Shown: positions 1 to 10,486 of the stretch, one piece after another
How the letters are laid out: each line of letters opens with the position of its first letter
Numbering within the stretch: position 1 is the first letter of the stretch
IMG/VR virus record: IMGVR_UViG_3300009365_003824
Coordinates: 32,001-96,000 of that record
Length of the DNA: 64,000 nucleotides
Reading direction: 5' to 3' (one strand)
Source of the DNA: a virus
Position numbers and translations under genes: made by a program
Notes under the pieces: generated by a model
Told to the model about the DNA's origin: nothing
The model's database searches: none
The model's input: only the letters and a program-made list of their open reading frames with translations

Positions 1-18
1 TTCATTTAAAGTCTTCAT
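1..18 (-). CDS. partial CDS running off the window edge (MKTLNE...), probable capsid-targeting-like N-terminus
   Basis: ATG at 18 on the minus strand, 5 nt after a TAAATA box; reads MKTLNE to the edge. Confidence 0.4.
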
Positions 19-35
19 GCCTTTATTTATGAATG

Positions 36-464
36 TTACGAATTATTTTCAGAAACAAGAGTGAATTTAGGATGCACAGAGAAAAGACCCCCGCCCGATG
101 GTAGTTCAACCGGAGCATAAGCGGCCTGTTGTGCCCAGAGTAATTCAGTTCCAGCAGCATTGGTTACAAAGTACCCATAAATGTCTTGTGCTACTGTGAA
201 TGTAAATTCTTGTTCGGATGCATATTCAGCATATCCTTTGTTTAAACCATCGGTGCTTATTGCCCAGCTTCCAGAGGCAAGAGTCTTAGCAGCGTAGCCA
301 GTGCCGCCAGGACACTCTGTAAAATCAGCTAAAATGGTATCCCCATCCAAGGTCAATTCATTAGAATACAATCTTAATGCTACGTTAGATGCTGGATTAA
401 CATTTAAAATGATTTTCAGCATATTCAGTTCTGCTACATCGGGTACAATTAGGCTTTCAGACAT
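36..464 (-). CDS. probable virion structural/tail-associated protein
   Basis: LRLYSN..T..DFTE...GYA..TL....W pattern typical of small phage tail proteins; SD AGGAG. Confidence 0.5.
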   Translation of the reverse strand: MSESLIVPDVAELNMLKIILNVNPASNVALRLYSNELTLDGDTILADFTECPGGTGYAAKTLASGSWAISTDGLNKGYAEYASEQEFTFTVAQDIYGYFVTNAAGTELLWAQQAAYAPVELPSGGGLFSVHPKFTLVSENNS

Positions 465-479
465 ATTACTCTCCTGATT

Positions 480-1316
480 TTATGTAGTCCACGCCTCGAT
501 TCTTTTCCTTGCATCTTCCTTTGCGTCTTCTACCCAATCTATCATTTTTTCTAAATGAGGCGGGCTGTATAATTTGGCAGAAGTATAAGTTCTAGGGTGA
601 TCTATGTTTTCATCCAGGTTTCTACAATGGTTTTTTTCATTGCCTATAAACAAGGGTTCTATGCCACTTCGATTTAATATGTAGTTTCCAAGCACTTCCG
701 TATCGGGCCAATTAGGAGAATTGGGATCGGGTTTTCTGTTTTGAATTCCGGTTGTATTGCATAATCTTCTCAACGACCAACCGAAACCTATCTTATCCAT
801 AGTGAACATGTGATACATGGTGGCTGTATGACTCACCATGAATTCCCAATCAGCGTGTTCACGAGGAGTTAGTCGATAACCAACTACTGGTGATTCCTCT
901 TTGCATTTTTGCAAAAGGTCTTCTACAAAATCTCTTCTTTTTAGAAAACAGTCAGAATGAGTAGCAAATAAGTAATCTGTCCTACACATCGAAAATGCCA
1001 AATCCATTGCTATAGCAGGATAATCTGAAGGGTGAACAACACCATTCAAGCGAAGCGAATGCACTTCTACATCTTCATCCCTTAGTGACTCTATCTTTTC
1101 AAGTTCACTTTCACAGCTTCCGGTATCAATAATGACAATAAAGGGGCGAACTGTTTGTAGTTTCAACAATTGCACTACGAGTTCTAGGGTGTCATAAGTA
1201 TCCAAAACTGGAACAACAGCAGTGACTTCATATTCCCAAGGCTTCTTTTCACAATCTCCCTCCCAAGGTAATTCCGTTGTGGGACGCCCTTTCAAGGGTG
1301 AAATTCTATCTCTCAT
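480..1316 (-). CDS. glycosyltransferase family 2
   Basis: VTAVVPV..IIDTGS..HSDCF (DxD-like) GT-A motifs. Confidence 0.75.
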   Translation of the reverse strand: MRDRISPLKGRPTTELPWEGDCEKKPWEYEVTAVVPVLDTYDTLELVVQLLKLQTVRPFIVIIDTGSCESELEKIESLRDEDVEVHSLRLNGVVHPSDYPAIAMDLAFSMCRTDYLFATHSDCFLKRRDFVEDLLQKCKEESPVVGYRLTPREHADWEFMVSHTATMYHMFTMDKIGFGWSLRRLCNTTGIQNRKPDPNSPNWPDTEVLGNYILNRSGIEPLFIGNEKNHCRNLDENIDHPRTYTSAKLYSPPHLEKMIDWVEDAKEDARKRIEAWTT

Positions 1317-2359
1317 GCAATGGTGCCCTCGTAATTGATTTTTCGACTATTTGTAAATAAGTCATATGTCTTGTATTTTTTGTATAGCTCCCAATATTCT
1401 GGGTAGTTTATCAATTCCATTTCTAAACTTGCGATATGCGGTCTGGCGGCTTTAAGTTTCGCATCCTGGGGATGCCAACTCATTGAAAGAAGGTGTTCTG
1501 CCATTCTCTTTGGAATCAGTTTGTATCTTTCACTTTTGAGTTGATAAAACACCCAACTCCCGAAATCCTGGCTCAAACAGTCATACTCAAAATTTGCATC
1601 AAATTTTTCTGGGTATTTGGCAAGCAGTCCTTTGTAGAAACGACGGAATTCTTTTTCACTTAAATCTTTTTTGATGTTGAATTCTTTGTTTACGTGATAC
1701 CCTGTCCACCGCTCTTTAATTAACGCTTTTTTACATGTCACCATAGGTGTGTTGATATGTGGAAGGTTGAGTTTTTTGGCACCTTGGAAATTATAAGTTG
1801 ATACTATTGATCCTAAAATAGGAGGATTATAAACTGCTGCAACTTCTTCATTTTCAAGAAGTTGCATAGATTCCTCGGCCCATGCGGGGTTGGTGACAAT
1901 CATATCATCATGGAGCAATGTATATGCTTTTGTATGCACCCAAGGGATTGCCATTTCTATGGCTTCTCCATGACCAATTCGGCTCCAAACCCTAGCAATG
2001 GTGATGGGCATGTCCCTATCATTCCATTTTAAACTTCTTAGGTCTTCCAAAAACTCCTGTTTTGTATCTTGAACAGATGTGTCTCCTGTGCGCGAGTCTG
2101 GCCCATTAATGCAAACAATGAGATGTTCTAAATTCCCAGAAGATCGCAACAAAAGAGAAAAAACAGCCCACATCAAACAATCAATTTGACTTTGGTAGGT
2201 GGCTATGATAGCAGTGGTTTTGTCAGATACTAAGGACAAATCTTCACAAGCCTTGCGATTTAATATCATGTGCTTGTGAAAATCAGATTCTTCAAACCCA
2301 TCATCTATAACATTCTTGATGAACATTCTTTTCGATTTTTTGTCCATTCTCTCAGCCAT
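1313..2359 (-). CDS. glycosyltransferase family 2 (paralogue of 16793..17839)
   Basis: AIIATY, INGPD, LHDDM; ATGA overlap with the next gene. Confidence 0.7.
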   Translation of the reverse strand: MAERMDKKSKRMFIKNVIDDGFEESDFHKHMILNRKACEDLSLVSDKTTAIIATYQSQIDCLMWAVFSLLLRSSGNLEHLIVCINGPDSRTGDTSVQDTKQEFLEDLRSLKWNDRDMPITIARVWSRIGHGEAIEMAIPWVHTKAYTLLHDDMIVTNPAWAEESMQLLENEEVAAVYNPPILGSIVSTYNFQGAKKLNLPHINTPMVTCKKALIKERWTGYHVNKEFNIKKDLSEKEFRRFYKGLLAKYPEKFDANFEYDCLSQDFGSWVFYQLKSERYKLIPKRMAEHLLSMSWHPQDAKLKAARPHIASLEMELINYPEYWELYKKYKTYDLFTNSRKINYEGTIA

Positions 2360-3096
2360 TGTTCAAACTCCTCTTTGTTATAACTACCTTGTTTTTTTAA
2401 ATTAGTAACTGCTTTGCATGGTCTTAAATTTTCTAGGCAATTTATTATTCTCATGTCTGTGATACCATGATCAATAAAAGCCTTTATAGGAAAAACGTGA
2501 TCTAAGTGCCATTCGCTTTTTTTAAGTTGTGGCCAATCTGGGTGTTGTTCTACGTGTTCTTTTAATTCTTTGGAATCATACCCCAACAAATCTTTAGTAG
2601 GTGATGTTTTTGAGTTGTTGGTTGCATAAAGAGATCGATATAGTAAATTATAGCACTTCTTTCTAAACATTTCATTAAATCTTACTTCATTTCGATCTGG
2701 ATTCCATCTAGGATTACTCTCACCAGAAAGCCCACAGGCTTTGCATCTATGTCCTCTAGTGAAGTTTACAACAGTGGTTGTGCCTATGTGTCCTTTAGGG
2801 CATCGGTATTTTAACTTTTGAACACAGCTAGTGTAGCTGGAGTCTAATAGTTCGTATTCTTCTTTTTCAAAAATGGCTTTAACTTCTTGTAGATTCAAGG
2901 TTCTTCTTTTTTCTAATCCGCAAGCCACACATCTTTGTCCTATTAGGAAATTTTTCAATCTTGTCGAACCCTCATTACCACAAACACAAATGTAATTTAG
3001 GGGGGTTTTGTTGTTTTTGTAATCCTCAGATAATAATTTACAACCAGCATTTTCAAAAATGCCACTTACTTGTTCATAGGTGTATTTTTTAGGCAT
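2305..3096 (-). CDS. HNH homing-type endonuclease with two N-terminal zinc-ribbon repeats
   Basis: two GC.LL..Y......L.Y.C..G...RC..CG repeats; WHLDHVFP..NLRP....NLKK HNH core; start moved to MPKKY (3096) behind SD AGGAG. Confidence 0.8.
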   Translation of the reverse strand: MPKKYTYEQVSGIFENAGCKLLSEDYKNNKTPLNYICVCGNEGSTRLKNFLIGQRCVACGLEKRRTLNLQEVKAIFEKEEYELLDSSYTSCVQKLKYRCPKGHIGTTTVVNFTRGHRCKACGLSGESNPRWNPDRNEVRFNEMFRKKCYNLLYRSLYATNNSKTSPTKDLLGYDSKELKEHVEQHPDWPQLKKSEWHLDHVFPIKAFIDHGITDMRIINCLENLRPCKAVTNLKKQGSYNKEEFEQWLREWTKNRKECSSRML

Positions 3097-3124
3097 TTCG
3101 CTATTCCTCCTTAATATATATAGT

Positions 3125-3760
3125 ATGGCTATATACAATTCTAATGGAACAGTTTATAAATTGCAAGGCCCGAATCCCATGATGAAGAAGCAGAAAATAT
3201 GGGATGAGAAAGGCGAGTTTAAACTACACAACTGTAGTTGGGAAACTGAAGTGCTGGATGACAACCTCCCCCAGCCAGTCCCCACAAAAAGCGACTTTAC
3301 AATCAAAGAAGAGCCAGAACCGGAAGCAAAACCGGAAACAAAACCGGAAATGGAAATCAATGTTGTAGATAGGCATGAAGACGACGACATGCCAGAAATC
3401 ACAATAGTAGAGAGGAATGCCCCAACACAGCCACCAGAGAGGACTGTTCGTAAATTAGATGGCAAAGTGGTAATGCATTGTTTACAGGCGACCGCTACCA
3501 CAACAAGGGATGATTTTTATGATGAGAGCAGACCTAAAGTTGAATATGACAAGACATTTAACTTTGAGGCTATTATAGCATCCCAAAATGATATAAACAT
3601 GATGTTCTGGACTAACATTAAAATACCAGAACGATCTGTGGTTTATCCTCAAAACCAAGAGAAGCGATGGTGGGAAATAATAGATGTTCAAGAACGAGGC
3701 GGCGGCTATTTACATGTAACCATGCCAAGCACTGTTAATCCGAGTTTTGCCGAAAAATAG
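3125..3760 (+). CDS. hypothetical phage protein
   Basis: ORF; ATG 3125 directly after a TATATATA box (likely leaderless). Confidence 0.6.
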   Translation: MAIYNSNGTVYKLQGPNPMMKKQKIWDEKGEFKLHNCSWETEVLDDNLPQPVPTKSDFTIKEEPEPEAKPETKPEMEINVVDRHEDDDMPEITIVERNAPTQPPERTVRKLDGKVVMHCLQATATTTRDDFYDESRPKVEYDKTFNFEAIIASQNDINMMFWTNIKIPERSVVYPQNQEKRWWEIIDVQERGGGYLHVTMPSTVNPSFAEK

Positions 3761-4046
3761 GCTTGCACTCTGGACAAGACTCTTCCTGTTTGGCCTCTAT
3801 ATTTACATTGTATCCCATTTTATTTAATATGTCCCTATACTGATCGGTCGCAGCTATAAAGCCCATTTCATAGGAATCAATAAACATTCTGCCCAAAGCC
3901 TCTAAATCCCCATCCGTTCTAACGACATGAATTAATCGTTCAACCATATCCTCATGGTTTCCGTACCTATCTTTGAGAAGTTGGTATAGATATTGTTTGA
4001 GTGCTACGCCACGGGGATTTGCCCATGCTTCATATGGATTTGGCAT
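3735..4046 (-). CDS. hypothetical protein
   Basis: ORF coupled to the end of the 1156-aa gene. Confidence 0.6.
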   Translation of the reverse strand: MPNPYEAWANPRGVALKQYLYQLLKDRYGNHEDMVERLIHVVRTDGDLEALGRMFIDSYEMGFIAATDQYRDILNKMGYNVNIEAKQEESCPECKPIFRQNSD

Positions 4047-7000
4047 TCTCTATCTCTTTCTCTACTCTTTCTTTTAGTAATCTCTTGCGAATTTCTACAC
4101 TTTTATGGTTGAGATGCTCTTTAAGAGAGGTCCACTTTTGAATAGGCAAGCCATCTCCTTCACCCCCGGTGTCTTCTTTGGATCGTTTGGTGATTGGATC
4201 TTCTATTGGAGACAATCCACCCGTTCTACTTCCAGCAGCGCCCCATGCTTGTGCCCCTTTACGTGTAATTTCGCCTCTAATTTTGTCACTATATTTACCA
4301 TTGGGTAAATCTGGGTAGCCTATTGGCAGAGACATTTCCATGAATCCAAGTCGTTTAGATGCAGATTGAAGGATTTGGATTTGTTTTGCCAATCTTGGAT
4401 CTTCAGGATAAGCTGCCAGTAGGGCTGTTGGATTTGTTAAAATGCCTCTCAATTCTGCATTTGATTTTAGCAACTCTCTAGCCCTTGGTGCATTTTCATC
4501 ATTAGCTCTTAGGGATGCAATTACATCACCAACCATTGTTTTCCCTCTTTCTGTCGCAGGCGATCTGGCTGTTGTTGCTCTAGGAGAGGGTTGCGCTGCT
4601 GGCGCTGCGGGTTGACCTTGCGGTGAAACAGCATCAGGAGTTTTTGTTTTTGGTGTAGCACTAACCCCTGCACTTACTGAAGCTATCTTTTCTACAATTG
4701 CTGGGAAATATTTATGAAACTCTTCTTTGGGAACAAAAGCTCGTTCAAATTTACCCATCAACATACCAATCCAATGCTCTTTGCTTTCAACTGAGACCTT
4801 GGTGAGATCGATTTCTTTATTTTCTTTTTTGTTGGTTTCTTGGTCTAAAATGGGCACTACCATCATACCATCATCTGCCATTGCTTCTAATTCATCTATG
4901 GCATCTTGTTGGATTTCTAATTGTTCGCTATCTGGTCCTCTTGTTAAAGGATCAGTTTTCATGGTATCGGGGGTGTATTCTCGTGCGCGAGCTTGAATTT
5001 CGCCTGCCGGAGCGTTTTGCAACACTAATTTTTCATCCCTGATTGTTTGATACAAAGTAGCAACAACACTATCGCCTGATTTCAGTTGAATGCCCTTTTC
5101 TTTTAAATAAGATTTCAATAATGAGGCGGCTTTCCTTTCAGCCTCAGCACCAGATAGTGCTTTACCTTGAAGCGATGGATGTTTTCCACTTTGGATGGCT
5201 TCCAGAATTGTTCTATAAGAAGATTCTACATCGCCCCAATTTTCTTCCATAGTTTTCTTGTCTATTGTTTCCAAAGTTGCTGCTTGACGGGCACCTAAAT
5301 TAGACCCAAACCCTTGGGCACCGTAACGTCCAACGCCTTGGAATCTGTTTTTTCCACGTCTACTATGTCCCATTGTAGACAGGGCATCATCAGACATACC
5401 GCCATCTGCATCATCCTTCTGGGCCAAGTCTCCCAGTTCTGCTCCTGGTTCACCACTGCCACTAGGGTCAGCAGATTTATTTAATGAATCTGCTCCTATG
5501 CCATGTCTTTTTAGACGTGCAATAGATGCTTGGATTCTTTGTTTTAAGACTCCCACTCTAGCAGCTTGTCTTTTGCCGTTTTTGTGTTTCTTTTCATCAA
5601 GAACATAAACCTCTCGTCCAGCCGCAGCACTGGCTTTATCATCTATCTTCAGTGGAATATTGACTTCCTGATGAGCAGATAAAATCAAACCCATAACAGC
5701 ATTTTGCACTAAGGATTCGCCATAAGTGTTTATGATTCCACGATCTGCATCGCCAGACTTGGCCAGAATACTTTGCACGGCACCCCATGCCATTCTAGTG
5801 TATTCTTTGTATATTTCTGCCCAAACATCTTCGCCTATTGCTCTTTTGATTCTTTCTTCATCTTGTTTTTTATTTAGTGCGTAATCAGTTGAGGAGTTAT
5901 TGATACCACCAGTTACCCATATTGCTTGCAACTGTGTTTGACTTGGAGTTCCATAGTGTTGCACCAAATCAGGCAAAGCAATCCTGTTATCTCTGAGAGT
6001 TTGCTGATCTTCATCATGCAAAAGAGGTATACTTCTTGTGAATTGATCGATGTCTTCTCGCGGCCTTCCATTCCCAGGATATGCTTTGTAATTTATACCA
6101 AACCCTGCTTCTCCACCGAAAGCTCTAGGATTGGTTGCTCTGCATAAATTCATTATGCTGATTTTGCCCTGGAACGCTTCAGTGCCAGCCTTATCAATTA
6201 AATCATCAAGCAATACAATCCACTTATCTGATAATCTTAATTCTTCTTTACACGCACGTATGAACTTTTTAAGGTTTTCCTCATTTCTGGGTTGCCAATC
6301 TACATCTCTTTCTAAATTAGCATCAACAGGAATAGGCTCTATTGCCAAATCTCTAGCAGTATGATCTACTAAAGGCATTTTTCTCAATTGACCTATTTTT
6401 CCTTTAACGTCTAATTTATTGAATTGCCTAAGAATGAAATCATCTTTCTTTACTTTAATTGGTGGCTCGTGTCTTTTTAATTCATCGTTCCATTTTGCAA
6501 AAATGGTTCCTGGTAACAGCACTGGAATATAATAAGCCCCATTTGGAACCTGTCTTACTTCGCCACTTCTTTCATCAGCTATCTGGTATCCTGGTAGAGC
6601 GATCTTGATACAAGGCAGCTTATACTTTAAGGCTTTGCCTCCTGCCCACGGTCCACCTGCGGGCGGTTTGCCTGTTGGGTTTTTTCCAATACTTCCATCA
6701 ACCTGAACATTATCAACCCATTTAATAGGGTAACTTTTCCCATCTGGTGCTGTCCATTCATCAGGAACGTCTCCCTCAGCGAGTCTAAGTTCGTTCACCT
6801 TAGTCCATGCGCGAAGGTTTCTTCTAATTGCCTCTAATTGGGCTGTCTTGAAGCTCCTATTAAATACACTTGGGGGATCTCTAGCGACAATTGGCTCACC
6901 AGCAGTTGCACGGCCTTGTTGCACTTCTTCATCATCAGCTACATATATTGCTTCTAGTGGCTCTGTGAGATCGTAATCGTGGAGGCCATAACCTTGTCGT

Positions 7001-7500
7001 AAATACTGATCCCACTTATCCTTGTTTTCTCTCAGCCATTCAGGATCGATTTTCTTTTGTAAGTCTATCCACAAATCCTTGAGTCCAGTTCGGATGTTTG
7101 GAAAAGTGTAAGTGTGAGTGTGTTCTTCTTTTGGTTGTGTTGCCCACTTTTTAATAATGACATCTTCTCTGTCAGGATATTGAAAATCCTTAACCTCAGA
7201 GGTTCTGGTGTAGTCCTTTGACATATCTGGCCCAACATCGCCTTCACTACCATACTTGGCTCTAAGCATATCTTCACCACCTTGGTTCTCCCATGCTTGG
7301 GCCACTTTCAATAAACCAGAAGAATATCTCCACCACATAGCCATCATCCAACATTCGGATGGAAATTGTTGTAAATATTCCAGATCCTTTTTGTTGAACA
7401 CGATGGGAATTTTATAGTTATTTCCTTGATACATGGCCATTTCAAGGAAAACTTGGTTCTTTTTATCATTATTCAAGTAATCAGCAAACGTCAATCCCAT
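4030..7500 (-). CDS. 1156-aa hypothetical protein, capsid-targeting-like N-terminus, possible internal head protein
   Basis: long ORF; MGLTFADYL..FLEMA start; internal sigma-like patches (see findings). Confidence 0.7.
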   Translation of the reverse strand: MGLTFADYLNNDKKNQVFLEMAMYQGNNYKIPIVFNKKDLEYLQQFPSECWMMAMWWRYSSGLLKVAQAWENQGGEDMLRAKYGSEGDVGPDMSKDYTRTSEVKDFQYPDREDVIIKKWATQPKEEHTHTYTFPNIRTGLKDLWIDLQKKIDPEWLRENKDKWDQYLRQGYGLHDYDLTEPLEAIYVADDEEVQQGRATAGEPIVARDPPSVFNRSFKTAQLEAIRRNLRAWTKVNELRLAEGDVPDEWTAPDGKSYPIKWVDNVQVDGSIGKNPTGKPPAGGPWAGGKALKYKLPCIKIALPGYQIADERSGEVRQVPNGAYYIPVLLPGTIFAKWNDELKRHEPPIKVKKDDFILRQFNKLDVKGKIGQLRKMPLVDHTARDLAIEPIPVDANLERDVDWQPRNEENLKKFIRACKEELRLSDKWIVLLDDLIDKAGTEAFQGKISIMNLCRATNPRAFGGEAGFGINYKAYPGNGRPREDIDQFTRSIPLLHDEDQQTLRDNRIALPDLVQHYGTPSQTQLQAIWVTGGINNSSTDYALNKKQDEERIKRAIGEDVWAEIYKEYTRMAWGAVQSILAKSGDADRGIINTYGESLVQNAVMGLILSAHQEVNIPLKIDDKASAAAGREVYVLDEKKHKNGKRQAARVGVLKQRIQASIARLKRHGIGADSLNKSADPSGSGEPGAELGDLAQKDDADGGMSDDALSTMGHSRRGKNRFQGVGRYGAQGFGSNLGARQAATLETIDKKTMEENWGDVESSYRTILEAIQSGKHPSLQGKALSGAEAERKAASLLKSYLKEKGIQLKSGDSVVATLYQTIRDEKLVLQNAPAGEIQARAREYTPDTMKTDPLTRGPDSEQLEIQQDAIDELEAMADDGMMVVPILDQETNKKENKEIDLTKVSVESKEHWIGMLMGKFERAFVPKEEFHKYFPAIVEKIASVSAGVSATPKTKTPDAVSPQGQPAAPAAQPSPRATTARSPATERGKTMVGDVIASLRANDENAPRARELLKSNAELRGILTNPTALLAAYPEDPRLAKQIQILQSASKRLGFMEMSLPIGYPDLPNGKYSDKIRGEITRKGAQAWGAAGSRTGGLSPIEDPITKRSKEDTGGEGDGLPIQKWTSLKEHLNHKSVEIRKRLLKERVEKEIENAKSI

Positions 7501-7545
7501 GATGCACCTATTTTAATAAACACTCAACCTATATATACAGTTACT

Positions 7546-8430
7546 ATGGCAAATACAATTTTACTTAACACTCCATCACGCGATGCCCAAGGCAGAGCGT
7601 GCAGCAATTCTTGTAGTGGAGAACTCGGTCCTACCGATCCTCTGAACAAGAGCAAACTTGGTCCTCGTAAAGAACGAGAAAAAGTCAGAGAACAAATCAA
7701 AGACTTTGTATTATTAATGCTTGGTGCGCCCGTAATTGATGTAGAATTAGATGTTCAAAATTTAGATTTAGCTGTCGATCAGGCTCTAAAAATATTTGAG
7801 GAATATGCTCCTCGTGAATATTTCGATTATTATGTCTTTGCTACAACACCCGGTAAAAGTGTATATGAGATGCCCCCGGATGTGGGTTTGATAAGAAATG
7901 TTTTTTATAAAAAACATGGTAATTTCGCCTTCCAAGCATCGGATTTAGATGGTGCCATCCCGGTTGAATATTTCTATCCTGGTGGAGCTTATGCTAGTAT
8001 CCAAGGTGGTCTTATTGACCCAATTCAGCCCATTTGGGGACGTATGGGTGAGTGGGCACTGTATAAACAATATGAAATGATGTATTCTAGGCTTAGTTCC
8101 AACATCGGTGGATGGGAGTGGGTAGGAGGATTTCAACATGTTAAATTGTATCCTGCCCCAGTAGGAAACCAAAAAGTAATTGTTCACTACCTCCAAAAAC
8201 ACAAAGACTGGAACGAAGTTACTGAGTCCATGCAAGACGGAGCTTTGGCTTACGCCAAGCAAATGTTAGGCAGAATTAGAGGGAAGTTTTCTCAAATTGC
8301 TGGCCCAGGTGGCGGCGGAATGGCCACTGATGGAGAGCGGCTTTTGACAGAAGGCTTGGAAGAACTCAAAGAATGGAGAGAAAATCTCATAACTAGATAC
8401 GGTGACATTCTTCCAATCACTTTGGATTAA
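7546..8430 (+). CDS. neck protein, T4 gp13-like
   Basis: IKDFVLLMLGAPVIDVELD..LD.AVDQAL..F..Y and ALAYAKQMLGRIRGKF...GPGGG....GE.L..EG..EL, characteristic of gp13-family neck proteins; start moved to MANTI. Confidence 0.8.
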   Translation: MANTILLNTPSRDAQGRACSNSCSGELGPTDPLNKSKLGPRKEREKVREQIKDFVLLMLGAPVIDVELDVQNLDLAVDQALKIFEEYAPREYFDYYVFATTPGKSVYEMPPDVGLIRNVFYKKHGNFAFQASDLDGAIPVEYFYPGGAYASIQGGLIDPIQPIWGRMGEWALYKQYEMMYSRLSSNIGGWEWVGGFQHVKLYPAPVGNQKVIVHYLQKHKDWNEVTESMQDGALAYAKQMLGRIRGKFSQIAGPGGGGMATDGERLLTEGLEELKEWRENLITRYGDILPITLD

Positions 8431-8434
8431 AATT

Positions 8435-8908
8435 ATGAAGACATTTAAAGACTGGACATTTGATGCGTTGCTCAATGAAGAAACTCATACCACAAGGTAT
8501 AGTGTAGAAATCAATTATAGGAGCAATCTTAAGGAGGTCATGGAAGGCTTCGCTAAGATTGCTCTCGGTTTTGTAAGCGCATCTCTTAAAGCACAAGATT
8601 ACCACGTCAAGCAGGTTTTTGATGAAAAACCTCTGAGAATTCTATGTTGTCGTAGGAATTGGGACGATGGCGAGTGGGTTGGACTGGTCTCTTGGAACCC
8701 AGAACACAAGTGCTTTGTAGTATCTAAAGGGTTTTATAATAAGGATAGAAATACTGTCTCCGTTCAAAAAAGCCACCAAAGCGATGGCAAGTCAGCACAG
8801 GCAGTTGCCAGAGAAATAATAAATTTCATGCACGATCTGAAAGACAAGCCTGATAGACACCATCCTAAATTAAAGCCAGTCCCCCTCAAAAGAGGACCAA
8901 AACACTAA
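8435..8908 (+). CDS. hypothetical protein with capsid-targeting-like N-terminus
   Basis: starts MKTFKDWTFDALLNEE. Confidence 0.65.
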   Translation: MKTFKDWTFDALLNEETHTTRYSVEINYRSNLKEVMEGFAKIALGFVSASLKAQDYHVKQVFDEKPLRILCCRRNWDDGEWVGLVSWNPEHKCFVVSKGFYNKDRNTVSVQKSHQSDGKSAQAVAREIINFMHDLKDKPDRHHPKLKPVPLKRGPKH

Positions 8909-9393
8909 TGGCTGAACAGTATCACCGTATAGGCGCAGATGGAGGGTGTCGTTTCGGAAATCGAGGCGCTGGGATTCTGTTCACAGATGGCAAGAAGGTT
9001 TTATTACTTAAACGTGCGGCCCCTGGCGATCACCCAAATACATGGGGTCAACCCGGAGGTAAAGTAGAAAAAGGTGAAACCTATATTGATGCCGCTATTC
9101 GAGAAGCCAAAGAAGAATGCGGTAAGGTGAAAGGCCATCGTATAGCCCAATTTGAAGAAAAAGATGGACTACACAGATGGATGACCTATATTTATGTGGT
9201 AGAAAAACCATTTGAGTGTGAACTCAGCGATGAGCATAAAATGTGGAAATGGTATGATTTAGACAGGCTCGATAATGTAAACCTTCATCCTAAGTTCAAA
9301 GAGAACATGGATGATTACATTAGGTTAATTAGAAAGAAGCTCAATCTTCTCAAGCCGTTTCGGGAGTGGATCGTTCATCGAGAAAAGTTTTAA
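8908..9393 (+). CDS. Nudix hydrolase
   Basis: Nudix box PGGKVEKGETYIDAAIREAKEECG. Confidence 0.9.
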   Translation: MAEQYHRIGADGGCRFGNRGAGILFTDGKKVLLLKRAAPGDHPNTWGQPGGKVEKGETYIDAAIREAKEECGKVKGHRIAQFEEKDGLHRWMTYIYVVEKPFECELSDEHKMWKWYDLDRLDNVNLHPKFKENMDDYIRLIRKKLNLLKPFREWIVHREKF

Positions 9394-9667
9394 TATTCTC
9401 AATTACGGCCTGTCTGACGCCTTTCATTTGTCCTATTTCTTCAAGATCAAGTGGCCCACTTTCTACAAATCTCTTGGCCAGTTTAGGACCAATACCTTTT
9501 ATTTCTAGCCACTCTTCTTCGGTAAGTTCTATGGAACTTTGTGCAGGTTCCACATCGTCATCGTCATCTACAACATCTTCGCCTGATGCCCACTTTCTAA
9601 ACTCCTCTGCTTCTTCAAGAAAAGTAGGAGCTTGTTTTCGCCATTCGTTCCAGGTTTTAAGTGCCAT
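9350..9667 (-). CDS. helix-hairpin-helix protein with capsid-targeting-like N-terminus
   Basis: IKGIGPKLAKRF and MKGV HhH pair; starts MALKTWNEW. Confidence 0.75.
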   Translation of the reverse strand: MALKTWNEWRKQAPTFLEEAEEFRKWASGEDVVDDDDDVEPAQSSIELTEEEWLEIKGIGPKLAKRFVESGPLDLEEIGQMKGVRQAVIENIKTFLDERSTPETA

Positions 9668-10217
9668 TTAATTCTCCTAACAGGGGTTGCAAGTCTTCCC
9701 AAACCTTCTTTTTTTCCTTGGGATTCCTAAGTAAATACGCAGGATGATAAGTGCAAAGCACTTTCATCCCATTGTATTCATACCAACGACCACGCATCTT
9801 ACCTATAGGAGTATCCGTTCCTAATAAGTTCTGCGCAGCCGTCGCTCCCAGACATACTATATATCTAGGTCTTATGACTTTTAATTGTAGATCCAAGTAG
9901 GGGCGGCAATTCTCTGCCTCTTCTGCTTCTGGATTTCTATTGCTGGGTGGCCTGCATTTCACGATGTTGCAGATGTAAACACTCTCTCTTTCCAACCCAC
10001 AAGCCGACAATATACTGTTCAATAATTCCCCTGCACGACCTACAAATGGCACCCCTTGTTCGTCTTCATTTTTACCTGGACCTTCACCAATCAAGACGAT
10101 TTTGGAATTGGGATCGCCATCTCCAAATACTGTTTGTGTTCTATCTACAAGTTTGGGACACTTCTGGCATTCTGCCACTTTTCCAGCCAGGGTTTGCAAC
10201 ATGTCTTGTTTGTTCAT
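9657..10217 (-). CDS. udg: uracil-DNA glycosylase family 4
   Basis: CQKC, GEGPG..ED..G.PFVG.AG, KCRPP.NR.P, TYHPAYLLRNP. Confidence 0.95.
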   Translation of the reverse strand: MNKQDMLQTLAGKVAECQKCPKLVDRTQTVFGDGDPNSKIVLIGEGPGKNEDEQGVPFVGRAGELLNSILSACGLERESVYICNIVKCRPPSNRNPEAEEAENCRPYLDLQLKVIRPRYIVCLGATAAQNLLGTDTPIGKMRGRWYEYNGMKVLCTYHPAYLLRNPKEKKKVWEDLQPLLGELNGT

Positions 10218-10486
10218 ATTTCATATTCCGGTCTGTATTCGCTTCTATCCTCTTGGTAGATATAACCCCACATTAAATCCAGATACCAATTTCGCTCTGG
10301 ATCAATTAACGCACACGCCGGGTGTTTGCCTGGATAATGAAAGTTTTTAAGACCAAACTCCTCAAGGAGCCAAGTGCCAAACTGTTTTTTTGCCTTACCC
10401 ACAGGTGTTTGTTTCCACTCGATTATGGAGCCGTCTTTCTGTCTTTCTGTTCTAATCTCGTCAAACATGTTAATATCATAAACCAA
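10214..10486 (-). CDS. hypothetical protein
   Basis: ORF with ATGA overlap to udg. Confidence 0.55.
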   Translation of the reverse strand: MVYDINMFDEIRTERQKDGSIIEWKQTPVGKAKKQFGTWLLEEFGLKNFHYPGKHPACALIDPERNWYLDLMWGYIYQEDRSEYRPEYEI

